IMG/VR virus record: IMGVR_UViG_3300031555_001437 | Length of the DNA stretch: 64,000 nt | Origin: a virus | Lineage: Duplodnaviria > Caudoviricetes | Direction: 5' to 3' (one strand) | Shown: in pieces, positions 17,333 to 27,792 of the stretch | Numbering within the stretch: the first letter of the stretch is position 1 | Layout of the letters: the number at the start of each line of letters is the position of its first letter | Notes under the pieces: model-generated | What the model was told of the DNA's origin: nothing | Seen by the model: the letters and a program-made list of their open reading frames with translations, nothing else | The model's database searches: none | Made by a program: the position numbers and the translations under genes

Positions 17333-17334
17333 AT

Positions 17335-17410
17335 GACAACATAGCTCAGTCGGTAGAGCAGCAGACTGTTAATCTGCGGGTCGTAGGTTCAAGCCCTACT
17401 GTTGTCGCCA
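17335..17410 (+). tRNA. tRNA-Asn(GTT)
   Basis: GACAACA/TGTTGTC, GCAGA-CTGTTAA-TCTGC, CCA. Confidence 0.95.
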
Positions 17411-17413
17411 TAT

Positions 17414-17490
17414 GGCTCTATAGTGTAACTGGTTAACATATCTGCCTGTCACGCAGAAGAGTTCGGGTTCAAGTCCCGATAGAGTCGCCA
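17414..17490 (+). tRNA. tRNA-Asp(GTC)
   Basis: GGCTCTA/TAGAGTC, TCTGC-CTGTCAC-GCAGA, CCA. Confidence 0.93.
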
Positions 17491-17551
17491 ACCCTTTTGG
17501 GTTTTATATAGTAGGTTTTGTGAGTGAGCCAACCAAAAAACTCTCATATAT

Positions 17552-17627
17552 GCTGGCGTGGCGCAACTGGCAGCGCACCTCACTTGTAATGAGGATGTTG
17601 GGGATTCGATTTCCTCCGCCAGCTCCA
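17552..17627 (+). tRNA. tRNA-Thr(TGT)
   Basis: GCTGGCG/CGCCAGC, CCTCA-CTTGTAA-TGAGG, CCA. Confidence 0.93.
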
Positions 17628-17658
17628 AACAACAAAAAAGAAGAAAGGAAGAGATAAA

Positions 17659-17976
17659 ATGAATATTACAAGAGAAGAATTAATGAAGAGACTTTCCAAG
17701 AAAAGCGGCTTTTTTAAGAAGGATTTAACCACTGTCTTTAAGGCGCTTGACGATGTTATCTTTGATTGCTTCGCAGAAGCTACGGACGACGAGGAAGTTA
17801 TGGTTCAGATTGTAAAAGGCATCAAAGTAGGATGCTCTATTCAGCCTGAAAGACAGAGAAAAGATCCTCGTACGCAGGAAGATATTATTTGTAAGCCTTG
17901 TTGCAAGCCAAAGACTCGATATTCAGAAGATTTTCGTAAAGCAATACAAGAAAATTATGAAGCAAAGCATGGATGA
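17659..17976 (+). CDS. hup: HU/IHF-like DNA-binding protein
   Basis: TREELMKRLS...ERQRKDPRTQEDI arm motif. Confidence 0.8.
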   Translation: MNITREELMKRLSKKSGFFKKDLTTVFKALDDVIFDCFAEATDDEEVMVQIVKGIKVGCSIQPERQRKDPRTQEDIICKPCCKPKTRYSEDFRKAIQENYEAKHG

Positions 17977-17995
17977 CGATATGTCATCCTTTTTT
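17971..17995 (+). terminator. Intrinsic terminator
   Basis: GGATGAC-GATAT-GTCATCC followed by a T tract. Confidence 0.75.
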
Positions 17996-18020
17996 GTTGA
18001 AAAAGAAAGGGAAAAGATTT

Positions 18021-19232
18021 ATGGATGAGATTTTAAGAAGATTTCCAGATGAAACGGAAGAGGAAACATTGTTTCGTATTGGGTCAGCAAAGCGAGACGG
18101 TCTGTTAGATGCAACATGGGAAACAATTGCTGAGTTTATGAACGAAACGTTTAGAACTGACGAGACCGAGTATCGTTCAGAAAGTGCGTACAGAAAACGC
18201 TATAAGTGTTTTATAGACGCAAAAGAGATGTTTATGAAGCAAGAAGCGGTGAACGAGCAAACTGCTGACGAGTTATCGGAGAAGCTGCGCAAAATTGAAA
18301 AGGCGACAGTAAAGCTACGAGATGAAAGAAGTGACTATCAGCGTACGGTCAGAGCCGAGGCTAGACGAGAGTCGTTTTTGGAGTTGGTGGAGCGTTCTAT
18401 GGCTAAGTCCGTAGAGCCGTTTGAATATAAAACTTCGCCAGTGATTGATAGTAATGAAGATATGATTGTATGCTTGTCTGACTTACATGCTGGTATTGAA
18501 GTTCAGAACTGGTGGAACACATATAATACTGGTGTTTTGAAAAATAGATTGCACAAGTATCTAGATGAAATTCACAGCATCCAGGAGTTGCACAAATGCA
18601 AGGTGTGTAATGTTGTTTTGGGTGGCGACCATGTTAGCGGACTAATACACCAGAACCTCAGACTGCAGAATAATGAAAATGTAATTGAGCAGTTGAAGAT
18701 TGCCGTTACATATATTGGCGAATTTATATATGCTTTGCAGGATTGGTTTGAGGAGATTAAGGTATTTAGTGTGCCTGGTAACCATTCAAGAATTAATCCT
18801 AACAAGGACGAGCATCTTAAAGGTGAAGAGTTAGACGAACTAATTCCTTTTTGTCTAACAATACAATTTGCTCACAATGATAAGGTGGAGATTGCTGACA
18901 CTACGTCCAGAATAGATAGTACCATTTGCGCCTTCAGAACGAGGGGCGATAAATTATTTTACGCGGTTCATGGGGATAAGGACGCCCCGTCCAACGTGGT
19001 GAAAAATTTGACTTTAATGTCTGGTTTAAAGCCAGATGGTATTATTATGGGTCATCGTCACCACACAGCACTTGACACACAGCATAATGTAAAAGTCGTT
19101 CAGTGCGGGTGCACGGTAGGTATGGATGATTATTGTGTAGATAAGAGAATTTCTGGAGAACCAGAACAAAGTGTAATTATTACCAGCGAGAAGAGAGCCG
19201 TGAAGTGCTTATATGACGTTGGTCTAATTTAA
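18021..19232 (+). CDS. Calcineurin-like metallophosphoesterase with N-terminal coiled coil
   Basis: SDLH, GGD, GNH, HGD and GHRH motifs; RBS supports ATG 18021. Confidence 0.85.
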   Translation: MDEILRRFPDETEEETLFRIGSAKRDGLLDATWETIAEFMNETFRTDETEYRSESAYRKRYKCFIDAKEMFMKQEAVNEQTADELSEKLRKIEKATVKLRDERSDYQRTVRAEARRESFLELVERSMAKSVEPFEYKTSPVIDSNEDMIVCLSDLHAGIEVQNWWNTYNTGVLKNRLHKYLDEIHSIQELHKCKVCNVVLGGDHVSGLIHQNLRLQNNENVIEQLKIAVTYIGEFIYALQDWFEEIKVFSVPGNHSRINPNKDEHLKGEELDELIPFCLTIQFAHNDKVEIADTTSRIDSTICAFRTRGDKLFYAVHGDKDAPSNVVKNLTLMSGLKPDGIIMGHRHHTALDTQHNVKVVQCGCTVGMDDYCVDKRISGEPEQSVIITSEKRAVKCLYDVGLI

Positions 19233-19257
19233 TAAACAATGAAAGAGAGAAATAATT

Positions 19258-19536
19258 ATGAGAGAGACTAATAAGAAAAGCAAGCTAGTGTTCGATATGA
19301 AGCTAGTCAGAAAACTGCTGAAGATGAATGCAGAAATGAAGTATTGCCCATATTGCGGCGTAGCGCTCGAGGATCAGTGCGAGTGTCACAAAAATATCAT
19401 TATCGACGTAAAACCTCTAAGAGATGGCAACGGCGAAACTGTCGCTGTTTTTGCAAATAACGATGCGTTTCAGAGCGATTTTGACGCAATCATGGAAGAG
19501 TATAGATTAAAGAAAGAGTCCGAAGCTGAGCAGTAA
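19258..19536 (+). CDS. Hypothetical protein with zinc knuckle
   Basis: CPYC...CECH. Confidence 0.7.
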   Translation: MRETNKKSKLVFDMKLVRKLLKMNAEMKYCPYCGVALEDQCECHKNIIIDVKPLRDGNGETVAVFANNDAFQSDFDAIMEEYRLKKESEAEQ

Positions 19537-19559
19537 GCTTTTTCGTAAGGAGTGATATT

Positions 19560-21864
19560 ATGCCTCGTGCTATGGGACAAACAAAAAAGAAGTCTATAAC
19601 AACAAATTCTCAAGCAGTTGCTGAGTCTAAAGAGGATTATCTGTGCTATTGCTGTGGAGAAACAAAAAGTAGGTCATCTTTTTATACAACTACTGACCCA
19701 TTTAACAGCGTTGGTATCAATCCTTTTTGCAAACTCTGCATAGAGAGAATTGCCAGAAACTACAATGAAAAAACAAGAATATATGGAGAAGTAACGAAGG
19801 TTTCTCTGTGTAATGCCCTTGAGAGAATGGACCTTCCATATATAGAGCGCCTGTGGGAAGCGTCGTATAAAGAGGTGCATGACCCTACTCTTGATAGACC
19901 GAAGACAAATATATGGTCTGCATATATTACAAATGTAAAGCTGCCGCAATACAACGGTATGCGTTGGAAAGACGGCGATACATTTAAGGAGATTTCTAGT
20001 ACAAAACCTTTCGATGTGCAAGAAAATGCGTTAGATCCAGAATCTGAACAATATTTAACATATAAAAAAAACAAGAAGGCAGTTATCGACTTTGTTGGAT
20101 GGGACCCATTTAGAACCTATCCAAAAGAGGATGAGCTGCCTCTTTTATATGCGCAACTTTTGACGTTTTTAGACGATGAGACTAAAAATGATGGCCAAAA
20201 GCTCAACGCGGTTATACAGATTGTAAAATTATTTAATCAAGCAGAAAAAATTAATGCCGCAATTGATGAGTTGCAGATAGATACAAAAAATATATTGGCA
20301 AACACTGCAGCCGTTAAAACATTGCGCGATGCAGCGAGTAAGGCAATTAGCGATGCAAATGCGCTCGCTAAAGATAATGGGATTAAAAAATAGTTCCTGC
20401 GTAAAGTGATTTACGTGAAAAAATCCATCGAATTGCTGGAAGTCCTTAAAGCTAAAGTAACTACAACATAGTTTGAAAAGACAAGTGTGAATGTTTGAAA
20501 ATATTTTAGATATATAGGTAATCAGCAGCCAAGTCCCTAAATTTAATTAAACATGGGAAAGGTTCAACGACTATCCGTAAGGAGTAGAATAGTAAGCGTT
20601 TGACTATTCGAAGTGGTGGACTCACACAACAAAATGAATGTGATGAAGATATAGTCTACACTCGTAACGAAAGTTCGAGGAGGTGTATACCTCAACAGGG
20701 AGTAGCGTCCTTTAATTATTTTCCAAAAATATATTTTAAAGAAGGTAGAGTCGTGACATATAGTGAGTATATTCAAAACATTTTGAATACAAGGGGAAGA
20801 TTTGGGTGCGGCGAAGCGTATCACGAAAGACATCACATAATTCCGAGATGTATGGACGGTAACGACGACGAGTCGAATTTAATCGATCTTTATGCCAGAG
20901 AGCATTATGAGGTTCATAAATTGCTGGCAGAAGAAAACCCAGAAAACGAAAAATTGTTATTTGCTTGGTGGGTTATGTCAACTAAAAGTTCAAAAACAAA
21001 CGAAAGATATGAATTAACAGCCGAAGAATATGAATTGTCAAAGACGGCTTTAAGTATAGCACAAAGCAAAGCAAAAAAGAAACAGTTTATAAACAAAGAA
21101 AACCATCCTATGTTTGGCAAAATTCATTCTGAAGAAAGTAAGGATAAAATGAGTAGAGCCAAACGTGGCAAGCCTTCGTCTAAAAAAGGAAGACCATTAT
21201 CAGAAAAGCAAAGAGCGTCACTTGCTCAAATGAGGATTGGCTCAAAATGGTCCGAAGAACAGCACGAAAAAATGGACGGCAGATACGCGAACGGCAATAG
21301 TACATGTTGTGTTCCTGTATATTGCCCAGAGCTTGGCGAATCTTTTTGGGGACTGCAAGAAGTTTGTGATAAATATGGTTTTTCAAAACCCAATCTAAGC
21401 AAATGTTTATATGGAGAAAGAAAACATTGCGGTAGGCACCCAGTCACAGGTGAACAATTAACGTGGCAACGTTTGGAAAATAATTAAGTTAAATATATGG
21501 TAGTGTAAACTTTAACAACAACAAATCTAAGGGCGCGAATACTTTGTCTGGAAAGATGAAAGAGTTAGTTCAGATTGGTTTACGTGACGCAAAAATAAAT
21601 ACTTATGACATTGGTACATGTGAGGGAATGAAACAAGTGGCTCTTATTAATGAAGAGTGTAGACACAAACAGATTGGGTATGATGAAAATATAGCTCAAG
21701 AAATAAAAGACATTAAGGTTGAACTTGTTGAAACACTCACCAAAGAGCGAGACGAGGCTATTGAAACAGCTCGAAAGCTTCTTCTCGAGAACAAAGACTT
21801 AAAAGATTTCTTATTATCAAAGCAATTGGTTAATGAAGATTTCGAGGTGATTGCAGATGAGTAG
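19560..21864 (+). CDS. Intron-split gene upstream of terL, join(19560..20383,21501..21864), 395 aa; candidate terminase small subunit
   Basis: Joining gives an in-frame ...LAKDNG-I-SVNFNNNKSKGANTLSGKMK...; N-terminal CxCC...CKxC zinc finger; overlaps the terL start. Confidence 0.8.
20384..21500 (+). mobile_element. Group I intron (IA-like) with homing endonuclease
   Basis: P AATTGCTGGAA, Q AATCAGCAG, R GTTCAACGACTA, S AAGATATAGTC; P1 GGGATT/AGTTCC with a U-G pair at the 5' splice site; terminal G at 21500. Confidence 0.9.
20753..21487 (+). CDS. Intron-encoded HNH homing endonuclease with NUMOD-type DNA-binding repeats
   Basis: ERHHIIPRC...NLIDL..REHYEVH; NHPMFGKIHSEESKDKMS; GTG 20753 with GAAGGT RBS. 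Confidence 0.88.
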   Translation: MTYSEYIQNILNTRGRFGCGEAYHERHHIIPRCMDGNDDESNLIDLYAREHYEVHKLLAEENPENEKLLFAWWVMSTKSSKTNERYELTAEEYELSKTALSIAQSKAKKKQFINKENHPMFGKIHSEESKDKMSRAKRGKPSSKKGRPLSEKQRASLAQMRIGSKWSEEQHEKMDGRYANGNSTCCVPVYCPELGESFWGLQEVCDKYGFSKPNLSKCLYGERKHCGRHPVTGEQLTWQRLENN

Positions 21865-23815
21865 TCTAATATTACCTAGTGATTATAAATATTTTGAAAA
21901 GCCAATGGATTACGGTATGACATATCGTCAGCTTGATGATAAAAAATTAACCGCAGAATTTATCCAGTGGGGGAGGCGCAACCCCGACAAATTTGCTGAA
22001 GAAATATTTGGTATTTCCTTTATGGACTATCAGAGATACGTGTTTTTAAATACATGGAACGCTCAGTTTATCGTGTGGGCTATGTCAAGAAACGCTGGAA
22101 AATCAATTTTAGGTGCTGTATATTTGATGACGCGCTCATTGTTAGTGCCGAACTTTCAAGCATATATTCTTTGTGGCGTAGGTTCTCAAAGTATTGAAAT
22201 GTTTCAGAAAATCGAGAAATTGGCATTTAATGCAATACCATCATTTAAAACGCTAACAAATGTATTTCAGAGTGAGGTTGTTAAAAATCAGGCAAATAGT
22301 AACGGGTTTATACACAACCCAAGCTCGTATCAGTTTGCGTTGTATAACAACAGCAAAGTGAATAGTTTGAACGGTAGTTACGACAATAATAGATCGAAGC
22401 GTAGCTCCTGTAATTTTTATGACGAGTGTGCCTTTTCTCCAGATGAATTATTTACTACCAGCGAGCCGTTTATTACACAGTCAAGTGATTTCGTTGACGG
22501 TGTAGATTTCGACGTTACAGACACTCTTGTAGAACCTCCGCAGTTTCCAAACCAGTGCATCTATGCGTCGTCCGCTGGCTCTGTTGACCAATATTTCTTC
22601 CGTAAATATAGGGAGTGTAGTCTGAGAATGGACGCTGGTGATAAGCGATATTTTTGTGCAGACATTAATTGTGACGTCGTAATTAACGCAACAAAGCGTG
22701 GAATTAAGATGCCGAAACCCCTGTTAACGCAAGAAGTTGTTGACGCTCGTATGAGGGAAGATAAAGAGGCTGGGTTAAGAGAGTACAAAAATATTTTCAC
22801 TCACGATTCTTCAGAACATAATATTTGTAAGCGAGCTGATATTATTCGAAACTCAGTGCCTCGTTTACCAGACTTGAAAAGTAAAGACAATAAAACATTA
22901 TATGGTATCGCATTTGACCCCGCTCGTCGTATCGACAACTCTGCAATAGGAGTTGCCGAATACTATGAGGATGAAAATGTTGGATGGAAAATGAAAATAG
23001 TTAATGTGGTGTCGTTGGCTGATACCATGAAAAAGAATAAAACACCGATGAACACCCCAAATCAAATAGAGGAATTGAAAAAATTGATATTAGCATACAA
23101 CGGAGAAAAGGTTGCTGATTACGAAAATATTGTTTCGATTCTGGTTGATGCTGGTTCTGGTGGTGCTGGTGTCCCAATCACGGACTTTTTGTGCGAAGAT
23201 TGGAACGATGAATGCGGTGTTCGGCATCGTGGACTTATAGATCCAGAGTTTAACGAAGGAGATAGGGCAAAGTTTCCAAATGCAGTTCAAGACAAATTGA
23301 AGCTAATATCTCCGACTAAATACAAATCAGAATTATTTGAAGCCTTTATTAAAATGATGGATTTAAATTTAATCGAATTTACCGAAGAGTATTTAAACAA
23401 AGGATATATTAATTTAATTTACGAGACAGATTCTCATGGTAAGAAAACTCAGAGATATACATACCCAACCGAAGAAGAGGAAGAGTTGCTTACCAAAAAA
23501 GGCATTACTATTGAATGTCATCCAGTTAGTGTCAATAAAGATGAGGAAATTGCATTAAAGCAGATAGACGCAATGAAAAATGAAATGCTTAATATTTATA
23601 GATTTAAGCAAAGTACTGGCAAAGATAGATTTGATTTGGCGCCCGAAAAAGCCAATAAGCTACACGATGACCGCGCCTATGTTTTAGCTCTGCTTGCTTG
23701 GCAACTTATGTTGTTACGCAGAGACAAAATTATTAATAAAAGAAAAGACATTGATGAAATGGACCAATTTTTCGAAATTAAGAGTCCAAAAACAACACAT
23801 AGTTATTTTAGCTAA
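21857..23815 (+). CDS. terL: Terminase large subunit
   Basis: Walker A SRNAGKS, Walker B FYDE, nuclease FDPA...D and HDDRAY motifs. Confidence 0.9.
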   Translation: MSSLILPSDYKYFEKPMDYGMTYRQLDDKKLTAEFIQWGRRNPDKFAEEIFGISFMDYQRYVFLNTWNAQFIVWAMSRNAGKSILGAVYLMTRSLLVPNFQAYILCGVGSQSIEMFQKIEKLAFNAIPSFKTLTNVFQSEVVKNQANSNGFIHNPSSYQFALYNNSKVNSLNGSYDNNRSKRSSCNFYDECAFSPDELFTTSEPFITQSSDFVDGVDFDVTDTLVEPPQFPNQCIYASSAGSVDQYFFRKYRECSLRMDAGDKRYFCADINCDVVINATKRGIKMPKPLLTQEVVDARMREDKEAGLREYKNIFTHDSSEHNICKRADIIRNSVPRLPDLKSKDNKTLYGIAFDPARRIDNSAIGVAEYYEDENVGWKMKIVNVVSLADTMKKNKTPMNTPNQIEELKKLILAYNGEKVADYENIVSILVDAGSGGAGVPITDFLCEDWNDECGVRHRGLIDPEFNEGDRAKFPNAVQDKLKLISPTKYKSELFEAFIKMMDLNLIEFTEEYLNKGYINLIYETDSHGKKTQRYTYPTEEEEELLTKKGITIECHPVSVNKDEEIALKQIDAMKNEMLNIYRFKQSTGKDRFDLAPEKANKLHDDRAYVLALLAWQLMLLRRDKIINKRKDIDEMDQFFEIKSPKTTHSYFS

Positions 23816-23830
23816 GAAAGGAGGATAAGT

Positions 23831-25351
23831 ATGGCAGAGAGTAAAAATATGACAAAACAAAATTCAGAAAACTTAAAGTTTACTGAAAATCTAGAGAACG
23901 TCAAACAATATGCGGCAGCGATTGATGACGTTTTGCAGCTTGTTGATTTAACCAATACAACAACCAAAACATGGACTGTATTTAATAAGGACACTCTTAG
24001 AACTTATTTGCAGACACCATATTCGTCTAACTCTCAAACCCAGCTTAGAAATTTGTCTAGGTTTTTGCAGACATTGAGTTTTCCGTTCTTTAGAATTATT
24101 AGATATTTTGCCAGCCTTCCTGATTTTAGCGCATATAAAATAAATTTAGATTTTAGTCTTACAGAAGAAAATGACGAAGAATCTATGTTGCAAGACTACG
24201 AAGATGCGTGTAGATTTGTTAGAAAGATGAATCTCGACATCAATATGTTTAAGCTTTTGATGATAGCGTGGAGAGAAGGAATTGTATATTTTCAACCATA
24301 TCAAGATGATGACGGCACATTACTGATGATGCCGCTCGATTCTCAATATTGCAGAATTAGTTCTATTGGATATAATAATCTTCTTCATGTTGCATTCGAT
24401 TTTTCATTTTTTAATGGATCAAACGCATTTTATCTTGATGTTTGGGATAAAGAGTTTAAGACTAAATATAATAAATATCAGAGAGATAATACGTTGCGCT
24501 GGCAAGAACTTGATACTGCTCGTGCATTGAAAATCGATATAAGCGATATGGATTTAATTATCAGTCCGTTTGCTTCATTGTTTGAAGGCCTGATTGATCT
24601 GATTGATCTGCAGTCCCTAATGGCGGTTAAGGAGTCTTTGGATATTTACAAACTTTTGGTTATGAAGATTCCGCTGTTGGATTCTAAGACGCCAGATGAT
24701 TTAGCTTTAAGTTTAACTCTTGCACAAAAGTTTTATGCTAAAGCTCTAGGCATTTTGCCTGCGGAGATTGGGCTTGTTCTTTCTCCTGGTATGGATATTG
24801 ACAGCGTTTCTTTTGATAAGAACGCTACTTCTGACACAAACTCTATTGCTGATAGTTATCAGAATTTAATGGAGATGACTGGTATTTCTCAGATATTTGA
24901 TAGCAGTCGTTTAACTGGAAGTACATCTGTTACAATGAGTATGATGACAGACGCACTACTTGCCACTCGAGGTATCATGAAGCAGATAGAGGCTTTTGTT
25001 AATGAAAGAATTCTAATGGAATACTCCAGTTCTAAAGCCTACATTAAATTTATTGATACTACTACTTATACCAAGGCTGAAAGAATCAAAGAAATTAAAG
25101 AGGCTGCTTCGTCTGGTCTTCCAGTAAAGCTTGAATGGATGATACTCGAAGGATATGACCCAATTGAGGCTATGGCTAGCGACTGGCTAGAAACAAAGCT
25201 TGGACTTGCCGTAAATAAATGGGTAAATCCAGTTAAAACAAGCTACACTCAGGGCCCTGGGCAGGGAGAGACTGGTGCTCCAACAAAAGATGATGGCGAA
25301 CTCACGGATGACGGCGAAGCCAGCCGCGACAAGAGAGACGCTGTTGGTTAA
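23831..25351 (+). CDS. Portal protein
   Basis: 506 aa directly after terL; ends P..TSYTQ...G.P as in SPbeta-like portals. Confidence 0.8.
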   Translation: MAESKNMTKQNSENLKFTENLENVKQYAAAIDDVLQLVDLTNTTTKTWTVFNKDTLRTYLQTPYSSNSQTQLRNLSRFLQTLSFPFFRIIRYFASLPDFSAYKINLDFSLTEENDEESMLQDYEDACRFVRKMNLDINMFKLLMIAWREGIVYFQPYQDDDGTLLMMPLDSQYCRISSIGYNNLLHVAFDFSFFNGSNAFYLDVWDKEFKTKYNKYQRDNTLRWQELDTARALKIDISDMDLIISPFASLFEGLIDLIDLQSLMAVKESLDIYKLLVMKIPLLDSKTPDDLALSLTLAQKFYAKALGILPAEIGLVLSPGMDIDSVSFDKNATSDTNSIADSYQNLMEMTGISQIFDSSRLTGSTSVTMSMMTDALLATRGIMKQIEAFVNERILMEYSSSKAYIKFIDTTTYTKAERIKEIKEAASSGLPVKLEWMILEGYDPIEAMASDWLETKLGLAVNKWVNPVKTSYTQGPGQGETGAPTKDDGELTDDGEASRDKRDAVG

Positions 25352-25380
25352 ACACGACAGAATGATTTGGAGGTGCACCA

Positions 25381-25563
25381 ATGCAACAGAAATTTATTAT
25401 TACAAAAGATGAAAAAGCAGCAAACGCACTCTTGGCGTCTGGGTTTAAGCTTATAAAAAGAGATGGCTCTGTTTATACGTTTTTGAATGATGCGCCTAAG
25501 AGTTTTAGTTTTGCAAATTTTGATAAAAGCAAAATTGCTTATACCAATATTTTAAGTGTGTAA
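25381..25563 (+). CDS. Small head-region protein
   Basis: GGAGG RBS; FI.T.D...A..L...GF.L......Y.FLN pattern. Confidence 0.7.
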   Translation: MQQKFIITKDEKAANALLASGFKLIKRDGSVYTFLNDAPKSFSFANFDKSKIAYTNILSV

Positions 25564-25613
25564 TGTCCTCTTGGACTTGCAAATGTATTACGGTAGAAAG
25601 GAGGACAAAACAT

Positions 25614-27263
25614 ATGGCGAGAAAAATTTTGACACTTGATGATTTATATGGGTTCTATGTACAGCAAAATCAGTCCGTAACATTTAGTTCCAAATCTGCT
25701 GGTACGCCAATTGTTGTTTCTGTTAAAGGATTATTTGCTACAGAAGAAGAAGAGCTGCCAGGAATGTTGAAGTTGAAACTAAAGGTTTGCCATACCGAAA
25801 CTAATCGTAATGGCAGTCATATTTCTAAAGAAAACATGGAAAAAGCTATTCCTACGTTAAAGTATAGACCAATCTTGGCGTACATTCATGAATTAAAAGA
25901 TGGAACCAAGGACTTCTATGCGCACAACGTAGAGATTGTGGAAAATGAAGATGGCGAGACTGAGATTAATTATATAGAGAAACAGGTTGGCTGTTTTACC
26001 GCTGATGATCCATGGCTCGAGTATGACAAGGAAATGGATAAAACATATGTTATGGCGTATGCTGTTATTCCCGAAGATTATACAGAAGCTGCTGATATTA
26101 TTCGTAGAAAAAATGGTACAAAAGTTAGTTGTGAGCTTGTCATTAATGAGCTCACGTATAATGCAAAAGAAAAGTATCTTGACATTACCGACTTCTACTT
26201 TGGAGGCTGTGCTCTGCTTGGGGTTGATGAAGACGGCAACGAAATAGGCGAAGGAATGCTCGGATCAAGAGCAGACATTGCAGATTTTTGCCACGAAGAG
26301 CCTGTATTTACATATCAAGACAAACTGATTGAAACACTTGAAAAGCTTAATGTGACGCTTGAAAATTTCAATAATAGAACACATTCAGAGAAAGGAGGAG
26401 AAAAAGTTATGGGAAGATTTGAAGAGTTGCTTGCTAAATACGGCAAGACTGCTGACGAAGTAACTTTTGAGTACGAAAATCTCTCTGATGAAGAACTTGA
26501 AGTTGCTTTTAAGGAAGCTTTTGAGGAAGCTGAAGAGGAGCCCGAGACTAACGCTGACGAAACGGTGGTCGTTGAGGAATCCGCTGAGGAACCCGAGGAA
26601 GAGGCCACAGACGCTGTTGTCGTTGAGGAAGTTGTTGAGGAAGTCGCTGAGGATTTCTCTTTGAGATATGAGCTCAGTCATGATGACATTCGTTATGCTC
26701 TATATAGTTTGTTGGACGTATATTCTGACAATGGATATTGTACTGCATGGATTATTGAAGTCTATGACAATAAGTTTATTTATCAGGATTACGCGGAGAA
26801 CAAATTCTATAGACAGGGATATTCCAAGGATGGTGACACAGTATCTTTGAATGATGACAAAGTTGAAGTGTTCAACGAGTGGTTATCTAAGGATGAAAAA
26901 GACGCGATTGACGCTTTGAAGGAGAATTATTCTATTCTCGAGGCCCAATACAACGAGCTAAAGGCATTTAAGGATAATTATGACGCAGCAGAACTTAAAG
27001 CAAAGAAAGACGCTATTTTTGCAAGAGCAGAGTATTCCGTTCTTGATGGCAACGAGGCATTTGAAGCTCTCAAGAACAATGCGGCAAACTATTCTATTGA
27101 AGAGTTGGATGTTAAGGCGGATGTAATTTTTGCCAAGTTCATCAAAGAGAATGGCGAGTTTGCTGCAGTTAAGAACGAAGTTAACAAGACAAATACTGTT
27201 AAGTTTAACTTTAACAAAAAAGAAGATAAAAAGAAGAAACATTATGGAAATCTTTTTGATTAA
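25614..27263 (+). CDS. Prohead protease/scaffold protein
   Basis: CH...NRNGS, VSCEL, GEGM motifs followed by an acidic coiled coil; located between portal and capsid. Confidence 0.78.
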   Translation: MARKILTLDDLYGFYVQQNQSVTFSSKSAGTPIVVSVKGLFATEEEELPGMLKLKLKVCHTETNRNGSHISKENMEKAIPTLKYRPILAYIHELKDGTKDFYAHNVEIVENEDGETEINYIEKQVGCFTADDPWLEYDKEMDKTYVMAYAVIPEDYTEAADIIRRKNGTKVSCELVINELTYNAKEKYLDITDFYFGGCALLGVDEDGNEIGEGMLGSRADIADFCHEEPVFTYQDKLIETLEKLNVTLENFNNRTHSEKGGEKVMGRFEELLAKYGKTADEVTFEYENLSDEELEVAFKEAFEEAEEEPETNADETVVVEESAEEPEEEATDAVVVEEVVEEVAEDFSLRYELSHDDIRYALYSLLDVYSDNGYCTAWIIEVYDNKFIYQDYAENKFYRQGYSKDGDTVSLNDDKVEVFNEWLSKDEKDAIDALKENYSILEAQYNELKAFKDNYDAAELKAKKDAIFARAEYSVLDGNEAFEALKNNAANYSIEELDVKADVIFAKFIKENGEFAAVKNEVNKTNTVKFNFNKKEDKKKKHYGNLFD

Positions 27264-27291
27264 AATTTAAAAAATTTAGGAGGAAACTATT

Positions 27292-27768
27292 ATGGCACAG
27301 GATCTTATTAATAAGCACTGGGTCGCAGAAATTTCTAGAGTTTCTGCTGTTTATGGCGATGGTCATATCCTGTCTGGTGAGATGGATAAGGCACGCGACA
27401 ACGGCGAAATCGTTGCTGTTGTAGATTATAAGGAGGGCGAGTATTACACTGTTGGCGCATTTGCTGGCGATTTTTCTGCTAAGGTAATTGAAATCGTTTA
27501 CAATATGAACCGCACAATGGTTAGATTCGAACTCCAGGCAGATTGTGATGGTTACTTTGTACACAATCCCGAGACTATGGAGAATGACTTCCTGAAGTCT
27601 TACCAGGATGTTGCAAACTATTACAACGCAAAGGGCGCTCGTGCTCGTATGTATCCCATGAAGAAGCACGATGTATTTACTGTATCTGTAGACGCATTTG
27701 GCGGCGAGACCCCTGCTATTGGCGCAACCGTTGCTTGGTCTGATGATGCTGGTTATACCGCTGCGTAA
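27292..27768 (+). CDS. Capsid decoration/head protein
   Basis: Immediately upstream of the MCP; strong RBS; high-expression codon bias. Confidence 0.65.
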   Translation: MAQDLINKHWVAEISRVSAVYGDGHILSGEMDKARDNGEIVAVVDYKEGEYYTVGAFAGDFSAKVIEIVYNMNRTMVRFELQADCDGYFVHNPETMENDFLKSYQDVANYYNAKGARARMYPMKKHDVFTVSVDAFGGETPAIGATVAWSDDAGYTAA

Positions 27769-27792
27769 TGATGTGAAAGGAGGAAATGAATT

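Noticed and set aside
17973-18020. Upstream start of the metallophosphoesterase
   Set aside because: It runs through a terminator hairpin; ATG 18021 has the RBS.
20600-20752. N-terminal extension of the HNH ORF
   Set aside because: It overlaps the intron catalytic core; GTG 20753 has an RBS.
21544-21864. Independent gene starting at TTG 21544
   Set aside because: It is exon 2 of the intron-split gene.
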